DNA of 64,000 bases from an uncultured Acidobacteriota bacterium (GTDB taxonomy: Bacteria; Acidobacteriota; Thermoanaerobaculia; Multivoradales; UBA5704), in NCBI GenBank assembly GCA_963700145.1, contig OY969474.1:1696001-1760000 (forward strand), written 5' to 3'. The translations under genes and the position numbers were made by a program. This document shows, one piece after another, positions 61,916 through 64,000 of this stretch. Each line of letters starts with the position of its first letter. The first letter of the stretch is position 1. The notes below the pieces were generated by a model. It saw nothing but the letters and a program-made list of their open reading frames with translations. It did not search any database and was not told where the DNA came from.

Positions 61916-62942
61916 CGCTCTCCTCCTCGGCCGCCGCGGCGACGCGGCGCTCCAGGGCGCGCAGCCGGCGCGCCATCTCCTCCAGCTTCCCGAGCAGCAC
62001 CGTCTGCCGCCGCCAGCTCCCCAGCTCGACCGCCGGGATGCCGGCCAGCCGGCTCCCGGCCGGCGCGTCGGCGAGGACCGCCGACTTGGCCGCCACCTGC
62101 GTCCCCTCGCCGAGCTCCAGGTGGTTGGCCACGCCGACCTGCCCGGCGAGCACGACCCCCGCTCCGAGCCGCGCGCTGCCGGCGATCCCCGCCTGGCCGC
62201 AGAGGATCGAGGCCGGCCCCACCTGCACGTTGTGCCCCACCTGCACGAGGTTGTCGACCTTGCTGCCGCGGCCGATGCGGGTCTCGCCCAGGGTGGCCCG
62301 ATCGACCGCCGAGTTGGCGCCGATCTCGACCCCCTCCTCGATCACCACCCGTCCCACCTGCGGGATCTTGTGGTGGACGCCGCCGTGGGTGGCGTAGCCG
62401 AAGCCGTCGCTGCCGAGCACGACGCCGGCATGGATCACGGCGCCCTCACCGACCTCGGTAGCGTCGTAAAGAACCACGTGAGGATGAAGCACCGCGCCCG
62501 GGCCGATCCTGCAGTCTCGCCCCACGACGACGTGCGCGTGCAGCACCGCGCGCGCTCCCACCCGGCTCTCCTTACCCAGCACGACGTAGGGCCCGATGGA
62601 CGCGGAGGCGTCGATCACCGCGCCCGGGTCCACGACCGCCGTCGGATGGATCCCCGGCGCCGGCGCAGAGGGCGGGTGGAGCTCGGCGAGAAGCCGCGCC
62701 AGGGCGTAGTAGGGGTCGTCGGCGACCAGCAGGTCCTTGCCCGCCACCGCCACACCGGGTGCCACCAGCAGTGCCGCCGCGGCGCTCGCCGCGGCGTGCT
62801 CCCGGTAGCGCGGATTGGTCAGGAAGGAGAGGTCGCGCGGTCCGGCGGCCTCGAGCGTCCGCACCCCGTCGATCGGGCGCTCGCCGTCCCCCTCGACGCG
62901 CCCTCCGACCAGCGCGGCGAGCTCCGCCAGCCGGTAGGGCAC
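61887..62942 (-). CDS. lpxD: UDP-3-O-acyl-glucosamine N-acyltransferase
   Basis: GSDGFGY, KIPQVGRV, VEIGANSAVDR, KVDNLVQVGHNV. Confidence 0.97.
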   Translation of the reverse strand: MPYRLAELAALVGGRVEGDGERPIDGVRTLEAAGPRDLSFLTNPRYREHAAASAAAALLVAPGVAVAGKDLLVADDPYYALARLLAELHPPSAPAPGIHPTAVVDPGAVIDASASIGPYVVLGKESRVGARAVLHAHVVVGRDCRIGPGAVLHPHVVLYDATEVGEGAVIHAGVVLGSDGFGYATHGGVHHKIPQVGRVVIEEGVEIGANSAVDRATLGETRIGRGSKVDNLVQVGHNVQVGPASILCGQAGIAGSARLGAGVVLAGQVGVANHLELGEGTQVAAKSAVLADAPAGSRLAGIPAVELGSWRRQTVLLGKLEEMARRLRALERRVAAAAEEESGERVDAERG

Positions 62943-62946
62943 GCGC

Positions 62947-63495
62947 CTACTTGCCCGCGGTCCCGCCGCCGCCGCCGTCGAGCCGCTGGATGACCTGCGG
63001 GGTGATGTCCACGGCCTCGTCGACGAAGATCAGCCCGCTCTCGAACTTGCGGAAGATCACCGTGTAGCCGCCCTCTTTGCCGAGCTGGTTGATGATCGGC
63101 ATCACCTTCTGGTCGATCTGCGCCAGCACCTCGTCGCGCCGCTTGTTGAGGTCGCGGGTGGCGTCGTCCTGCAGGCGGCGCAGCGCGATGAGCTTGTCCT
63201 CGAGCTGCTTCTCCATCTCCGTCAGCTTGTCCTGGGAGAGGGAGAGCCGCCCCTCGCTGGCCTTGGTCTGCAGGTCCCGGATCTCCTGCTGGCGGGCCTT
63301 GAGGTCGTTCTCTTTCGCTTCCTGTACCTTCTTCAGCTCGGCGAGCGCCTTCTTGCCGGTGGACGACTCGAGCAGGATCTGCTCGGTGTTGATGACGGCG
63401 ATCTTGGGCTGCGCCTGCACGGCGGCCGGCGCCGCCAGGGCGGTGATCGCCAGCGCCGCGAAGGCGCCGCGGAGGCAAACGGTCTTGCGGGACAT
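62947..63495 (-). CDS. skp: OmpH/Skp periplasmic chaperone
   Basis: Signal peptide, KIAVIN, coiled coil, DITPQVI; lies between bamA and lpxD. Confidence 0.92.
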   Translation of the reverse strand: MSRKTVCLRGAFAALAITALAAPAAVQAQPKIAVINTEQILLESSTGKKALAELKKVQEAKENDLKARQQEIRDLQTKASEGRLSLSQDKLTEMEKQLEDKLIALRRLQDDATRDLNKRRDEVLAQIDQKVMPIINQLGKEGGYTVIFRKFESGLIFVDEAVDITPQVIQRLDGGGGGTAGK

Positions 63496-63515
63496 CGGGG
63501 TCTCTCTCCTTCGGT

Positions 63516-64000
63516 TTAGAAGCTCGTACCGACGCTGAATTGAAACGACTCGAAGCGATCGCCGGGCACCGGGTCGAGGTTGTACGAATAGATGAAGCGG
63601 AGCGGGGCGCCGAAGACCGGCACCAGCACCCGCAGCTCGGCCCCGGCCGTGGTGCGCAGGCCCGACAGGTCGATCGACTCCCCCTCGCCGAAGACGTTGC
63701 CGCCGTCGGCGAAGAGCAGCAGCCGGAACGGCCCGCCGAGCAGGAAATGATACTCCAGGTTGATCTGGACCATGCTGTCGCCGCCCAGGGCGAAGCCGTT
63801 CTCGTCGAGCAGGATGTTCCCGTCCTCGTCGCGCAGCACGAGCGAGCGGAAGCGGTGGCCGCGGATGCTGTTGTCGCCGCCCAGGAAGAAGCGCTCGAGC
63901 GGGGCGAGCTCGCGGCCGCTGAAGGGGTCCACCAGCCCGGTCTTGATGTTGAAGGCGAGCACGGTGCGCGCCGGCGCCCTGGTCATCGGCTGGAAGAAGC
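63516..64000 (-). CDS. bamA: Outer membrane protein assembly factor BamA, C-terminal part (truncated by the window edge)
   Basis: ERFFLGGDNSIRG, FADGGNVF, GAPLRF, FQFSVGTSF C-terminus; synteny with skp-lpxD. Confidence 0.9.
   Translation of the reverse strand, partial: FFQPMTRAPARTVLAFNIKTGLVDPFSGRELAPLERFFLGGDNSIRGHRFRSLVLRDEDGNILLDENGFALGGDSMVQINLEYHFLLGGPFRLLLFADGGNVFGEGESIDLSGLRTTAGAELRVLVPVFGAPLRFIYSYNLDPVPGDRFESFQFSVGTSF

Overview
High-GC DNA from a diderm bacterium. Gene style and the short HTH regulator suggest Acidobacteriota, possibly Thermoanaerobaculia (inference). Core blocks are guaA-gpsA-plsY-thpR-cinA, pdp and a TPR gene (9.7-19 kb), then apt-acyP-pcm-surE-mtnP and a gnnA-like gene with lpxA-fabZ-lpxD-skp-bamA (56-64 kb). 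Three accessory regions interrupt them. (1) 0-9.7 kb is a decayed block bracketed by two copies of a glutaredoxin-like gene. It holds permuted IS91-family transposase pieces around an M6 metalloprotease pseudogene split by an IS256 (9-bp TSD), a DUF433/PIN toxin-antitoxin relic, and a palindromic 42-bp array interrupted by an IS3. (2) A ~31-kb island runs from the 3' end of tRNA-Arg(CCT) to a degenerate copy of that 3' end at 19160. It carries a stand-alone SIR2-Macro fusion and an operon of exported proteins: a 2036-aa DNRLRE/Ig/PKD protein with a Cys-His-Asp tip, two small proteins, and a 6983-aa Ca-repeat/vWA giant ending in a vanadium-haloperoxidase-like domain. (3) 50.5-56.3 kb holds a signal-peptide-bearing caspase, a small protein and a TPR-CHAT protease, with a divergent HTH gene and a 21-bp array. 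CGTC-type REP doublets are scattered through the core. No CRISPR-Cas or integrase is visible. All domain calls come from motif recognition by eye, not database searches.
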